Part shown: in pieces, positions 8,801-18,891 of the stretch
How positions within the stretch are numbered: position 1 is the first letter of the stretch
Layout: every line of letters starts with the position of its first letter
Source of the DNA: an uncultured Kiritimatiellota bacterium
Lineage (GTDB): Bacteria; Verrucomicrobiota; Kiritimatiellia; RFP12; UBA1067
Length of the DNA stretch: 64,000 nt
Assembly (NCBI GenBank): GCA_934643865.1
Contig: CAKUCX010000007.1
Span: 7,766 to 71,765 of the forward strand
Reading direction: 5' to 3'
Notes under the pieces: model-generated
The model's input: only the letters and a program-made list of their open reading frames with translations
Databases searched by the model: none
What the model was told of the DNA's origin: nothing
Made by a program: the position numbers and the translations under genes

Positions 8801-10267
8801 CTATGGCTTCGGCGCGTCCCTGTTCAGCACGTCCTTCGTCTGCTTCACGAGCGCCCTGAAGTCGCCGTCCTTCTTGCCCAGCGCGGCCCGGAGGTTGTAC
8901 GTCGCCGCAAGGGCCGCGAGTTCGTCGGCGCGCTCCCCGCGGGCCTTGAGGAGGTTGAACTTCTCGGCCTGCTGGATGCCGTTCAGGAGCGACAGGAAGC
9001 GGGCGGAGGGCGAGCCGTCCGGGTAGACGAGGAACGTGTCGCCCGCGCGCCAGCCGCCGTAGGTCGCGTCCGTACACGCATCGGCCGGCCAGCTGTTGTA
9101 CGCCCAGCGCAGGAGGCCGTCGAGGCCGCACATCGCCGGGTAGGCGCCGCACCAGAACGCCTCGTCGAGCTCGCTGTCCATGAACGTGTTGGGCCGGTCC
9201 GGGCCGCAGCAGATGTAGTAGGTCGTCACCTTGCCCTCCTTCTGGCGCTGCGGCACCTCGGCGAGGAAGTCCGGCGTGACGTGGCCGAGGGACTGCGAAT
9301 AGCTGTCCAGCACGATCCCCTTGAACGCGCTCGGCTTGCGGTTGCCCGCCATCGCGATCTTCATCCCCGGCGCCTTCTCCCGCAGGAAGTCGACCGTGTT
9401 GCGCAGGTCCTCGGGCGAGCGCTCGTCGAGCGAGATGTAGACGTCCTCGAACCACCCCTTCTCCTTGAGGTGCGCCGCGAAGGCGGCGAGGAACGGGCCC
9501 CAGTACTCCTTGAAGAACGGCGTGCCGGGCACGGCCTTCGCCTTCTGCATCTTCCCGGCCTCGTCGTACCAGCTCACGAGGTAGCCCCACGGGCACATCG
9601 TGTAGCAGGCGATGTGCGGACCGAGCCCGCAGGCGCGCCCGAAGGCGACGTACTCGTCGAAGAGCGACCAGTCGAAGGCGGTCGAGCCGTCCGCCCGGCG
9701 CACGTACGTCACCATCGCGCCGTAGCCGTCGTGGCACTGGTGGTTCCACGGCAGGTCGACGAGCGTCGTCGTGAGCGCCTTCTGCCCCGCCGAGGCGAGC
9801 AGCTTCCAGAGCGGCGCCATCGCGGCGTAGTGTTCCTTCGAGAACGGCTGCACGCCCGCCGTGCGCGCGACGGCCCAGGGGTGCTGCCAGAGGTCGAGGT
9901 AGTAGCGCCAGTCCTTCGCGGGCGGCAGCACGCGGTCCACCACGCGCACCGTCACGTCGCCGATCGCGTAGCGGCCCGGCTTCGCGTCCGCCGGCACCTG
10001 CACCTGCACGACCTGCGGGCCCTCGGCCTTCGAGCCCCACACCACGCGGTCCTTCGAGACCAGCCGCTCCGCCGCCTTCGGCTTCGGCGCGTACTTCACG
10101 TCGTGCGCCACGCCCGTCTTCACCGTGAAGCCCGCCGGCGCCGCGCCCACGCGCTCGCCCGCCGGCAGCCACGCGCTCACCGTCTCGCCCCGCCACGCGG
10201 CGAGGTCCAGCGCGCCTGCCGCCAACGCGCCGCCTGCGGCGGCGCACACCATGAGAAGTCTCTTCAT
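8801..10267 (-). CDS. Secreted DUF4091-like putative glycoside hydrolase
   Basis: ORF 8801..10324. The start is taken at MKRLLMVCAAAGGALAAGA (signal peptide), which is preceded by GAAAGGAAAA. Motifs LRWAYNSWP and GGWRAGDTFLVYP resemble DUF4091 proteins (from memory). Confidence 0.55.
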   Translation of the reverse strand: MKRLLMVCAAAGGALAAGALDLAAWRGETVSAWLPAGERVGAAPAGFTVKTGVAHDVKYAPKPKAAERLVSKDRVVWGSKAEGPQVVQVQVPADAKPGRYAIGDVTVRVVDRVLPPAKDWRYYLDLWQHPWAVARTAGVQPFSKEHYAAMAPLWKLLASAGQKALTTTLVDLPWNHQCHDGYGAMVTYVRRADGSTAFDWSLFDEYVAFGRACGLGPHIACYTMCPWGYLVSWYDEAGKMQKAKAVPGTPFFKEYWGPFLAAFAAHLKEKGWFEDVYISLDERSPEDLRNTVDFLREKAPGMKIAMAGNRKPSAFKGIVLDSYSQSLGHVTPDFLAEVPQRQKEGKVTTYYICCGPDRPNTFMDSELDEAFWCGAYPAMCGLDGLLRWAYNSWPADACTDATYGGWRAGDTFLVYPDGSPSARFLSLLNGIQQAEKFNLLKARGERADELAALAATYNLRAALGKKDGDFRALVKQTKDVLNRDAPKP

Positions 10268-10289
10268 GCCCGTTTTCCTTTCGTGTCCC

Positions 10290-10300
10290 AGTATACCACA
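10290..10300 (-). promoter_or_regulatory. Extended -10 element TGTGGTATACT upstream of the DUF4091-like gene
   Basis: The minus strand reads attgTGTGGTATACTgggacacgaaaggaaaacgggcATG. Confidence 0.45.
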
Positions 10301-10342
10301 ATCCGGCGGCAAGCCGGACGCCACGCCCCGGCCATCCGAGGG

Positions 10343-10918
10343 TCAGCGGATCAGGGAGAGGAACTCCTGGCGCACCTTCTCGTCCGAACGGAAGCTGCCG
10401 AGCATCGCGCTCGTCACCATCTCGGAATTCTGCTTCTCCACGCCGCGCATCATCATGCAGAGGTGGCGGCACTTGAAGACGACGCCCACGCCCTCGGCCT
10501 TCGCCGCGTCCTGGATCGCCTCGGCGACCTGTTCCGTGAGGCGTTCCTGGATCTGGAGCCGCCGCGCGAAGCAGTCCACGATGCGCGCGATCTTCGAGAC
10601 GCCCAGCACCTTGCTCTTCGCGATGTACCCCACCGCGCAGCTGCCGTAGAACGGCAGCATGTGGTGTTCGCACAGCGAGTAGACCTCGATGTTCCGCAGC
10701 ACGATCATGTGATTCGCGCCCGCGTCGAAGACGGCGTTGTTCAGGACGCCGCGCGGCGTCTGGCGGTAGCCGCGCGTGAGGAACGCAAGCGACTTGGCGA
10801 CGCGCGCCGGCGTCTTCAGGAGGCCGTCGCGCGTCGGGTCCTCGCCCAGTTCGACCAGCAGCTGCCGCACCAGCCCGGCAATCCGCGCCTCGTTCGGCTC
10901 GTTCGTCTTCTTCTTCAT
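10343..10918 (-). CDS. folE: GTP cyclohydrolase I
   Basis: 191 aa; LLKTPARVAKSL..., SLCEHHMLPFYG and VFKCRHLCMMMRGV are hallmark FolE motifs. Confidence 0.95.
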   Translation of the reverse strand: MKKKTNEPNEARIAGLVRQLLVELGEDPTRDGLLKTPARVAKSLAFLTRGYRQTPRGVLNNAVFDAGANHMIVLRNIEVYSLCEHHMLPFYGSCAVGYIAKSKVLGVSKIARIVDCFARRLQIQERLTEQVAEAIQDAAKAEGVGVVFKCRHLCMMMRGVEKQNSEMVTSAMLGSFRSDEKVRQEFLSLIR

Positions 10919-10940
10919 GGCAAAACCGTCGGCCTCGTCG

Positions 10941-13172
10941 TCAGCGATAGAGGAACTGCGCCGTCGCCGTGCAGGCGCAATCGGCGCGCACGCGCACCCA
11001 GTAGGCGGAGAACGCGGCGGGGAACTCGACCGTGCGCGTCTCGCCCGCCTTGACGGCGTAGGAGCCCGCGGCGACCCACGTGCCGCAGCCGTCGACGTCC
11101 GCCTCCAGCGTCACCGTCGTACACGCGCTCGCCCACAGGACGAGCGCCTTGCGGTCGAAGCCGTTCATCAGGTAGGCGTCGCTCGGCACGCCCGCCTTGA
11201 CGGCCGTCTCCTTCCACGGCCCGCCCACGCCGACGGGCTTGCCGAGCCCCCACAGGTCGTCCGCCACGCCGATCTTCAGCGCGCCGCCGGCCTCCTTCAG
11301 GACGAGGCAGCCCTTCCACGTGTCGTAGTCGACGATGCGCCGGGGCGTCGCCGCGACGGGGTGGACGTACTGGAAACCGCCCGCGTTGTCCGCCGGCAGC
11401 TCGTAGAAGATCTCGCCGACGTGCAGGAGGTCGCGCTCGGTCGAGACCTCGCGGCAGAGGCGCCCGCTCGTCGCCGCGCTCGCCGCCGTCCGGCGCGGCA
11501 GGCGCCGCCGCACGCCGCGGTCCACGTAGACGAGCGAGGCCGCGTCCGCCGTCACGAGCCCTTCGGGAACCGGCGCGTCATTCTCGAAGACCGACGCGGC
11601 CTCCTTCGGCGCGGCTGCGGTGAACGGCTCCGGCGGCGTCGCGCGCCCGCCCGTCATGTGGAAGACCGCGAAGGCGTTCGTCGACGCGGCCTCGGCGACG
11701 AGGCGCACCCATTCGCCGCGCGGCGCCGCCGCGAGGTCGTGGCCGCCCGGCCGGAGCGTCTTCCAGACCGTCCAGACGCCGTCGCCCGCCTTGTCCACCT
11801 GCACCTCCGCCGGCACGGTCAGCCACAGCCACGCGCGGCCGTAGCCCGCGAAGAGGAACGGGTCGCTGACCTGCCCGGCCGCCACGGCGTCGCCGCTCCA
11901 CACGGCGCCCCGCCCCTCGCGCGGCCCGAGCGCGTCGAGGCGCGACGGCTCCACGAACCAGAGGTTGCTCTCGCTCCGGCGCGCCTGCGGGCGCGTCCCC
12001 TTCAGGGCCCGCACGTTGAGGAACTCGCTCTTCGCGTGGTCGTCGCAGCCGAAGACGACGCGCTCGCCCCAGCGGCAGAAGTCGCCGATCACCTTCAGGT
12101 AGGTCGAGCGCGGGCGCACGCCCGCCGCGCGGCCCGGCGCGAACGTCGCGGGGAACTTCCAGAACGTGCCGTGCATCGTCGCGAGGAAGTCCTTGCCCGC
12201 GCCGATCTCGCGGATGCGCGGCCACTCCGTGTTCCAGCCGTGCGCGCCGTCGTAGCTGTGCGAGCCCTTCGGCAGGCGGTAGTCGTGCCACGTCGCGCCG
12301 TCCGCCGTCGTCGTGAGGATCACACTGCGGTGGTCCCAGCCGAGCGCCCAGATCGCGTTCGTGTTCGGATGCTCGTTGCCGTAGATGCCGTCGCGGGTCG
12401 TGATCTCGGTGAACTGGTTCGTGCGGATCAGCTCCCAGTTCGCCATGCCGGGCTTCCAGAACGCGAGGCAGCCCGAGGGCGTGCGCGGGTCCTTCATCGC
12501 CGCCGGGGAACACATGCCGTTGTTCGCGTAGAACACCTTGCCGAACCCGCTGCACGTGCCCTTGCCGTGGTAGCCGAAGAGCGTCGACGCCTCGGCCTCG
12601 TTCCAGCCGGGCGGCGGCGTGCGGTTCCACTTCCTGAAGTACGCCTCGAACGCCGCGCGGTTGTGCCCGTCGCGGATGCGCGTGTAGGTCTTCGAGGGGT
12701 CCGTCATGTCCAGCTCGTAGAGGGCCTCCTCCATGTCCGTCACGTAGACCTTGCGCGCGGGATCCTCCAGATGGCGCGCGGCGCCCGTGAGGCGCCCCGG
12801 CATGCGGCTGATCCACACGGCCTCGACCTGGGCGTTCGACGCGACGAGGTACGGCCCGATGAGGAGCTTCCCCGTCTCGCGGTGGATCAGGCGGTTCGCG
12901 TGCGTGCCGCCGACCGACTCGGGGCGGATCACGCGCGTCAGGTCGGGCTTGACCTGGTAGAGCTTGTCGCTCGACCCGACGGGGCAGTGCGGCCCGTACG
13001 TGACGACCCACAGGCTGCCCGCCCACGGCACGACCGCCCCCGTGCCGCACTCGCCCTCGTCGTTCGTCATCGCGAGGTGCGGGTAGACGCCCGACACGCA
13101 CAGCGGCTCCGCCGCGCCCACGGCCGCAAGGGCGAGCGCACACGCGCACCCGATTGGGAAAAGTCTCTTCAT
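10941..13172 (-). CDS. Secreted protein of unknown function (about 743 aa)
   Basis: ORF 10941..13247. The ATG at 13172 gives the signal peptide MKRLFPIGCACALALAAVGAAEP. The sequence is Trp-rich and non-repetitive with coding-like composition. I recognise no family. Confidence 0.7.
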   Translation of the reverse strand: MKRLFPIGCACALALAAVGAAEPLCVSGVYPHLAMTNDEGECGTGAVVPWAGSLWVVTYGPHCPVGSSDKLYQVKPDLTRVIRPESVGGTHANRLIHRETGKLLIGPYLVASNAQVEAVWISRMPGRLTGAARHLEDPARKVYVTDMEEALYELDMTDPSKTYTRIRDGHNRAAFEAYFRKWNRTPPPGWNEAEASTLFGYHGKGTCSGFGKVFYANNGMCSPAAMKDPRTPSGCLAFWKPGMANWELIRTNQFTEITTRDGIYGNEHPNTNAIWALGWDHRSVILTTTADGATWHDYRLPKGSHSYDGAHGWNTEWPRIREIGAGKDFLATMHGTFWKFPATFAPGRAAGVRPRSTYLKVIGDFCRWGERVVFGCDDHAKSEFLNVRALKGTRPQARRSESNLWFVEPSRLDALGPREGRGAVWSGDAVAAGQVSDPFLFAGYGRAWLWLTVPAEVQVDKAGDGVWTVWKTLRPGGHDLAAAPRGEWVRLVAEAASTNAFAVFHMTGGRATPPEPFTAAAPKEAASVFENDAPVPEGLVTADAASLVYVDRGVRRRLPRRTAASAATSGRLCREVSTERDLLHVGEIFYELPADNAGGFQYVHPVAATPRRIVDYDTWKGCLVLKEAGGALKIGVADDLWGLGKPVGVGGPWKETAVKAGVPSDAYLMNGFDRKALVLWASACTTVTLEADVDGCGTWVAAGSYAVKAGETRTVEFPAAFSAYWVRVRADCACTATAQFLYR

Positions 13173-13237
13173 CGTCTCATCTCCGCATTTGTACCGAGGC
13201 TTCCAGAACGGCACGGGCGTCCTTTCCGCCGAAAGGC

Positions 13238-14053
13238 TCACGCCCACTCAACCTTCGCGCCGTCCGGCCTGTACACGCAGCGCGCATAGTCGACGGCGGG
13301 CTCGCCGAACAGCATCGCATGGAACGGCGCGCCGCGCGGAATGCCGAAGAGGTCGGCGACGGCGGGCACGGCGTGGACGAGATGCGTCAGAAAGCCGAAC
13401 CACGTCGTGCCGACGCCGTTCGCCTGCGCGAGGAGGTCGAAGTAGGCGCATGCCGCATCGCAATCGGCCTGCGGCGTCACGGCGGCCTTCGGATCGCCGT
13501 AGACGATGAGGACGTGCGGCGCGCCTCGGAAGAAGACGTCCGCCTCCGGGTGCTTCTGCCAGCCCTGCACGATCTTCCGCAGGCTTTCCGGCAAGACGTC
13601 GAGGCGGGCCGCAAGAAGCGCCATGAGGCTTTGGCGCAGCGCCGCCACCTTTGCCGCGCCCCCCACGACGCGGAACGTGAGATGGCGCACGTTGCACCCC
13701 GTCGGCACGTACTTGAGCGGCTCCAGGAGCGCGGCGATGTCCTCCCGGGGCATGTCGGCCTTCAGGAACTGGCGAATCGAGCGGCGCGACATGAGGAGGT
13801 TCGCGACCTCGTCCGGCGGCGGAATCGGCATCCGCGCGAGCGGGATGCACGCATCCGCTCCCACGCCATTGACCGTGACGGCACCTTCGGGACAGACCGC
13901 CAGGCAGTGCTGGCAGTTCATGCACTGTTCCTCCCGCCCCGCGCGCACGGCAGGCCGGCCCCCCTTCATCTCCAGAACGCCAAAGGCGCAGTCGCGAACG
14001 CATGCGCCACAGGCCCTGCAAAGGGGGCTCACCTTGAAATCGATCGTCTGCAT
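13238..14053 (-). CDS. 4Fe-4S dicluster ferredoxin domain fused to a nitroreductase-family domain
   Basis: CRACGACVRDC...CMNCQHCLAVCP (two CxxCxxCxxxC motifs) is followed by LLMSRRSIRQF... (nitroreductase fold). The start is taken at the second Met (MQTIDFKV) because the first ATG lies inside the -10-like element. Confidence 0.8.
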   Translation of the reverse strand: MQTIDFKVSPLCRACGACVRDCAFGVLEMKGGRPAVRAGREEQCMNCQHCLAVCPEGAVTVNGVGADACIPLARMPIPPPDEVANLLMSRRSIRQFLKADMPREDIAALLEPLKYVPTGCNVRHLTFRVVGGAAKVAALRQSLMALLAARLDVLPESLRKIVQGWQKHPEADVFFRGAPHVLIVYGDPKAAVTPQADCDAACAYFDLLAQANGVGTTWFGFLTHLVHAVPAVADLFGIPRGAPFHAMLFGEPAVDYARCVYRPDGAKVEWA

Positions 14054-14061
14054 ATTCGGAG

Positions 14062-14070
14062 AGTATAGCA
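14062..14070 (-). promoter_or_regulatory. Extended -10 element TGCTATACT, 8 nt upstream of the nitroreductase ATG
   Basis: The minus strand reads aTGCTATACTctccgaatATGCAGACG. Confidence 0.4.
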
Positions 14071-14086
14071 TATTCCCGGAGAGCAG

Positions 14087-14117
14087 AAAGGCGCGCCCCG
14101 GACGGGACGCGCCTTTT
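14087..14117 (-). terminator. Stem-loop downstream of rplL (probable intrinsic terminator)
   Basis: The minus strand reads CCAAAAGGCGCGTCCCGTCCGGGGCGCGCCTTTCTGCTCT. The stem is about 9-10 bp with one mismatch, followed by a T-rich tail. Confidence 0.5.
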
Positions 14118-14140
14118 GGGGGGTCTCGCAGGCGGAGCGC

Positions 14141-14503
14141 CTACTTGACCTCGACCTCGGCGCCGGCCTTCTTGAGCTGCTCGGCGATCTTCTCGGCGTC
14201 CTCCTTGGAGGCACCCTCCTTGACCGTCTTCGGCGCGCCCTCGACCATGTCCTTGGCGTCCTTGAGGCCCAGGCCCGTGATCGCGCGGACTTCCTTGATG
14301 ACGGCGATCTTGTTCGCGCCGGCGGCCTTGAGGACCACGTCGAACTCCGTCTTCTCCTCGGCGGGAGCGGCGGCGGCCGGACCGGCCACGGCGACGGCGG
14401 CGGCGGCGGAAACGCCCCACGCCTCTTCGAGCGCCTTCACGAGTTCGTTGATTTCGAGGACCGTCTTGCCCGACAGTTCCTTGATGATTTCTTCGTTCGT
14501 CAT
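14141..14503 (-). CDS. rplL: 50S ribosomal protein L7/L12
   Basis: [35 protein letters not shown]...[21 protein letters not shown]. Confidence 0.97.
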   Translation of the reverse strand: MTNEEIIKELSGKTVLEINELVKALEEAWGVSAAAAVAVAGPAAAAPAEEKTEFDVVLKAAGANKIAVIKEVRAITGLGLKDAKDMVEGAPKTVKEGASKEDAEKIAEQLKKAGAEVEVK

Positions 14504-14575
14504 GTTCTTCTTCCTTCTTCTTCAACCGCTGGCGTGTTTCATCCAGAGGGTTTCGTTGTTTTACGAAAGTTGTGC

Positions 14576-15061
14576 CTATTCGCCCTTCTTCGCCTTCTCG
14601 GAGAGGACGCGCGCCAGGCGCGTCGCCGGCTCCTTGAGGAGCATGAGGAACGTCGCGCGCAGCTCGTTCTTCCCGGGGATCTTCGAGAGGGCCTCGACGA
14701 CCTTGGCGTCCACGATGGCGCCGTCGTAGTCGGCGCCCTTGACGGACGCGCGCCCGTCAGACCCGTCGACGAACTTCATGATCGCCTTGGCGACGGCCGT
14801 CGGCTCGCCCGTGCCCGTCACGATCGCCGTCGTGCCGGTGAGCATCGCCTTGACGTCGTCAGACCAGCCCTTCTCGGCGGCGACCTTGGCGAGGTACGAG
14901 TTCTTCACCACCAGGAGGCGCGAGTCGCACGCGCGCAGGTCGGCGCGGAGCGCGCCCATCTTGACGACGTCGACGCCGCCGTAGTTGACGATGAAGCAGT
15001 AGTCCGACTCCTTGACGCGGGCCGTGACTTCGTTGAGGATTGCAACCTTTTCGATTCTCAT
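14576..15061 (-). CDS. rplJ: 50S ribosomal protein L10
   Basis: 161 aa. It lies between rplA and rplL and has an L10-like sequence ([11 protein letters not shown]...LLVVKNS). Confidence 0.93.
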   Translation of the reverse strand: MRIEKVAILNEVTARVKESDYCFIVNYGGVDVVKMGALRADLRACDSRLLVVKNSYLAKVAAEKGWSDDVKAMLTGTTAIVTGTGEPTAVAKAIMKFVDGSDGRASVKGADYDGAIVDAKVVEALSKIPGKNELRATFLMLLKEPATRLARVLSEKAKKGE

Positions 15062-15074
15062 GGCTCAAAACTCC

Positions 15075-15767
15075 TTACTCGGCGGCCGCGAGGGTGCAGG
15101 GCACGCCGATGCCCATGGTGGACGAGAGCGTGAGGGTCTTGATGAAGACGCCCTTCACGGCGGCCGGGCGCGCGGCCTGCACGGCCTCGACGACGGCGTT
15201 CACGTTGGCGAGGAGCTTGTCCGCGTCGAACGAGAGCTTGCCGGCGATGACGCAGCAGTTGCCCGTCTTGTCCATGCGGAAGTCGACCTTGCCGGCCTTC
15301 GCCTCCTTGACGGCCGTTGCGGGGTCGTCCGTGACCGTGCCCGTCTTGGGGTTTGGCATGAGGCCGCGCGGGCCGAGGACGCGCGCGCACTTGCGCACGC
15401 TCTTCATGGCTTCGGTCGTCGCGATCGCGACGTCGAAGTCCGTCCAGCCGCCGAGCACCTTCTCGATCAGGTCGTCGAGACCCACGAAGTCGGCACCCGC
15501 CGCGCGCGCCTCCTCGGCGTGATCGCCGCCCGCGAAGACGACGGCCTTGACCTTCTTGCCGGAGCCGGCGGGGAGCTTCACCGTGCCGCGCACCGGGGTG
15601 TCGGTCTTCGTGGTGTCCGCGCCGAGGCGCATGGACACCTCAACCGTCTCGTCGAACTTCTTCGAGCCGGGGTGGGCCTTGATGAACGTGATGGCTTCCG
15701 CGATGGAGACGGGCTTCTTCGGCGCCTCCTTGAGCGTGTTCTGATATCTCTTGCTGCGCTTGGACAT
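15075..15767 (-). CDS. rplA: 50S ribosomal protein L1
   Basis: [14 protein letters not shown]...[12 protein letters not shown]...KLPAGSGK...[14 protein letters not shown]. Confidence 0.96.
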   Translation of the reverse strand: MSKRSKRYQNTLKEAPKKPVSIAEAITFIKAHPGSKKFDETVEVSMRLGADTTKTDTPVRGTVKLPAGSGKKVKAVVFAGGDHAEEARAAGADFVGLDDLIEKVLGGWTDFDVAIATTEAMKSVRKCARVLGPRGLMPNPKTGTVTDDPATAVKEAKAGKVDFRMDKTGNCCVIAGKLSFDADKLLANVNAVVEAVQAARPAAVKGVFIKTLTLSSTMGIGVPCTLAAAE

Positions 15768-15780
15768 GTCTGCGTTCCTT

Positions 15781-16206
15781 TCAGTCCACGACTTCGATGC
15801 CCATGTTGCGGGCGGTGCCGGCGATCATGCGCATCGCGGCCTCGGCGTCGGTCGTGTTGAGATCGGCCTTCTTCATCTCGACGATCTGCTTGAGATCCTC
15901 CTTGGTGACCTTGCCGACCTTGTTCTTGTTCGGAACGCCCGAACCCTTGGCGAGGCCGGCGGCCTTCTTGAGGAGGACGCTCGCCGGCGGCGACTTGAAC
16001 TGCAGCGAGAAGCTGCGGTCCTGGTAGACCGTGATGATGACGGGGACCACGAGGCCGGCCTGCTTCTGCGTCTTGGCGTTGAACTCCTTGCAGAACTGCA
16101 TGATGTTCACGCCGGCGGAACCGAGTGCCGGGCCCACGGGCGGCGCGGGATTCGCGGCGCCGGCGGGAATCTGGAGCTTGACGACTCCCTTGACCTTCTT
16201 AGCCAT
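15781..16206 (-). CDS. rplK: 50S ribosomal protein L11
   Basis: [44 protein letters not shown]. Confidence 0.97.
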   Translation of the reverse strand: MAKKVKGVVKLQIPAGAANPAPPVGPALGSAGVNIMQFCKEFNAKTQKQAGLVVPVIITVYQDRSFSLQFKSPPASVLLKKAAGLAKGSGVPNKNKVGKVTKEDLKQIVEMKKADLNTTDAEAAMRMIAGTARNMGIEVVD

Positions 16207-16275
16207 TTCTTTCCTTCACTTTCCGCGAGACCTCCCGGCATCCCAACCGGTGCAGACGGCCCGCAAAACCAACGC

Positions 16276-16881
16276 CTATTCCTGCGGCTGGGACAGCATG
16301 TCCTCTTCGGACACCTTCTCGACCTGCCAGTAGTCGACGTCGACAGGGACCTTGCGGCTGAAGACGTTCACTTCAACCTTGAGCTTGCCCTTGTCGGGAT
16401 CTACCATTGAAACGAGGCCCGTCAAACCCATGAACGCGCCTTCGTTGATCTTCACCGTGTCGTCCACGTTGAAAGTGACTTTCGGACGCGGCTTCTCGAC
16501 GGCCTGCGCGAGCTTCGTCGAGAGGATTGCGTCCACCTCCGCCTGCGAGAGCGGCGTCGGCCGCTGCATGAGCCAGGAACCGATGATGCCGGGCGTCTCG
16601 CGCAGAAACTGCCATGTGCGCTCCACGACCGCCCGCTTGCCCGTCGCCGGGTCCGTTCCCTCTCCGTAGAGGGCCATTTCAAGCAGCACGTAGCCGGGGA
16701 ACACCTTCTTGTTGAGCGTGCGCTTCTTCCCGTCCTTCGTCTCCGTGACCTTCTCCATCGGGATGACGCACTGGCCGACGTACTCGCCCATCTCCTCCTG
16801 GACGGTGCGCGCCTTGATCGAGGTCTGGACCTTGTTCTCCTGACCTGTCAGGGTCTGAAGGACGAACCATTCCTTTTTCAT
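16276..16881 (-). CDS. nusG: Transcription termination/antitermination factor NusG
   Basis: MKKEWFVLQTLTGQENKV...; KOW-like C-terminus; conserved position between secE and rplK. Confidence 0.93.
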   Translation of the reverse strand: MKKEWFVLQTLTGQENKVQTSIKARTVQEEMGEYVGQCVIPMEKVTETKDGKKRTLNKKVFPGYVLLEMALYGEGTDPATGKRAVVERTWQFLRETPGIIGSWLMQRPTPLSQAEVDAILSTKLAQAVEKPRPKVTFNVDDTVKINEGAFMGLTGLVSMVDPDKGKLKVEVNVFSRKVPVDVDYWQVEKVSEEDMLSQPQE

Positions 16882-16894
16882 GGTCCCGCTCCCC

Positions 16895-17095
16895 TCAGAC
16901 GCCCGTATGGACGAGCGCGATGAACTTCTGGATCACCTTGTCGCACACAAGCGTGGTGACCGCAAGAATGAGGATGAAGGCAAGCACCACGAGCGTCGAG
17001 TCGTAGAGCTCGTGTTTGCCAGGCCAGGACACGCGACGCGCTTCACTCTTCACGTCCGCGAAGTATCCGGTGACGCGGGCTATAAAATTCTTCAT
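16895..17095 (-). CDS. secE: Preprotein translocase subunit SecE
   Basis: Last 66 codons of ORF 16895..17287: MKNFIARVTGYFADVKSEARRVSWPGKHEL... followed by one TM helix. The upstream part of the ORF overlaps tRNA-Trp. Confidence 0.88.
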   Translation of the reverse strand: MKNFIARVTGYFADVKSEARRVSWPGKHELYDSTLVVLAFILILAVTTLVCDKVIQKFIALVHTGV

Positions 17096-17114
17096 CTCAT
17101 CCTCAGAAATAAGT

Positions 17115-17188
17115 TGGCAGGGTAGGAGGGAATCGAACCCCCATGGGCGGTTTTGGAGACCGCTGCACTGCCATTGTGCTACTACCCT
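17115..17188 (-). tRNA. tRNA-Trp (anticodon CCA)
   Basis: The minus strand reads AGGGTAGTAGCACAATGGCAGTGCAGCGGTCTCCAAAACCGCCCATGGGGGTTCGATTCCCTCCTACCCTGCCA. It folds by hand into a cloverleaf with anticodon loop CUCCAAA and TTCGATT in the T-loop. The 3' CCA is encoded. Confidence 0.9.
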
Positions 17189-17222
17189 ACTTGGCTTCCG
17201 CCGCACGGGCGGACTCCAGAAA

Positions 17223-17375
17223 CTACTTGACTTCCTTGTGGCCGGTGTGCTTGCGGCAGAACGGACAGAACTTCGCCTTCTCGACACGCTCCGTCATCGT
17301 CTTCTTGTTGCGCGTCGACGTATAGTTGCGGCGCTTGCATTCCGTACACGCTAGAATTGCCAAATCGCGGGGCAT
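17223..17375 (-). CDS. rpmG: 50S ribosomal protein L33
   Basis: My own translation gives [50 protein letters not shown] (50 aa, CxxC...CxxC). The RBS GGAAGGA is upstream. It is not in the ORF track (under 60 aa). Confidence 0.9.
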   Translation of the reverse strand: MPRDLAILACTECKRRNYTSTRNKKTMTERVEKAKFCPFCRKHTGHKEVK

Positions 17376-17433
17376 TGTATCAAATCCTTCCGTCGTCTGC
17401 AAGTGGATTCTTTGTCGAATCAGCCCGCCCGTC

Positions 17434-17460
17434 GTCCCGGCCGACCACTGTGGCCGGGAC
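17434..17460 (-). other. 9-bp GC stem-loop between tuf and rpmG (attenuator or processing structure; no U-tract)
   Basis: GTCCCGGCC-N9-GGCCGGGAC, about 38 nt downstream of the tuf stop codon. Confidence 0.3.
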
Positions 17461-17497
17461 TCGGGGCAGACATCTCACAGAAGACGCATCTTCGTTG

Positions 17498-18709
<1,212 letters not shown>

Positions 18710-18748
18710 TTTGGACTCCTGTGAGTGGTGTTACGTTGTTCGTCATAC

Positions 18749-18824
<76 letters not shown>

Positions 18825-18844
18825 TTTTTTTGACAAGCCCATTT

Positions 18845-18873
18845 AGTATACCTAAGTTGGTGAGAAGACGCAA
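18845..18873 (-). promoter_or_regulatory. Sigma-70-type promoter for the tRNA-Thr/tuf transcription unit (-35 TTGCGT, 17-nt spacer, -10 TATACT)
   Basis: The minus strand reads ctcTTGCGTcttctcaccaacttaggTATACTaaatgggcttgtcaaaaaaaGCCAC(tRNA). Confidence 0.55.
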
Positions 18874-18891
18874 GAGGGCAGATGATGAAAA

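Noticed and set aside
4184-11053. 2289-aa plus-strand ORF, the longest in the window
   Set aside because: It runs antisense to four well-supported minus-strand genes (phosphoesterase, GH106-like, DUF4091-like, folE). Its translation is low-complexity Arg/Ala/Pro/Gly-rich with no recognisable motifs. This is the typical stop-codon-poor antisense frame of a high-GC genome.
16207-16275. L1/L11 autoregulatory leader upstream of rplK
   Set aside because: The 69-nt spacer contains GGGAUGCCGGGAGG-like sequence, but I cannot demonstrate the 23S-mimic fold by hand. It is not supportable without a model search.
17374-17402. Apparent sigma-70 promoter TTGCAG-17nt-TACAAT upstream of rpmG
   Set aside because: The -10 hexamer overlaps the rpmG ATG itself, so it cannot drive rpmG. 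rpmG has a normal RBS and is more simply read as co-transcribed with tuf. The match may be fortuitous.
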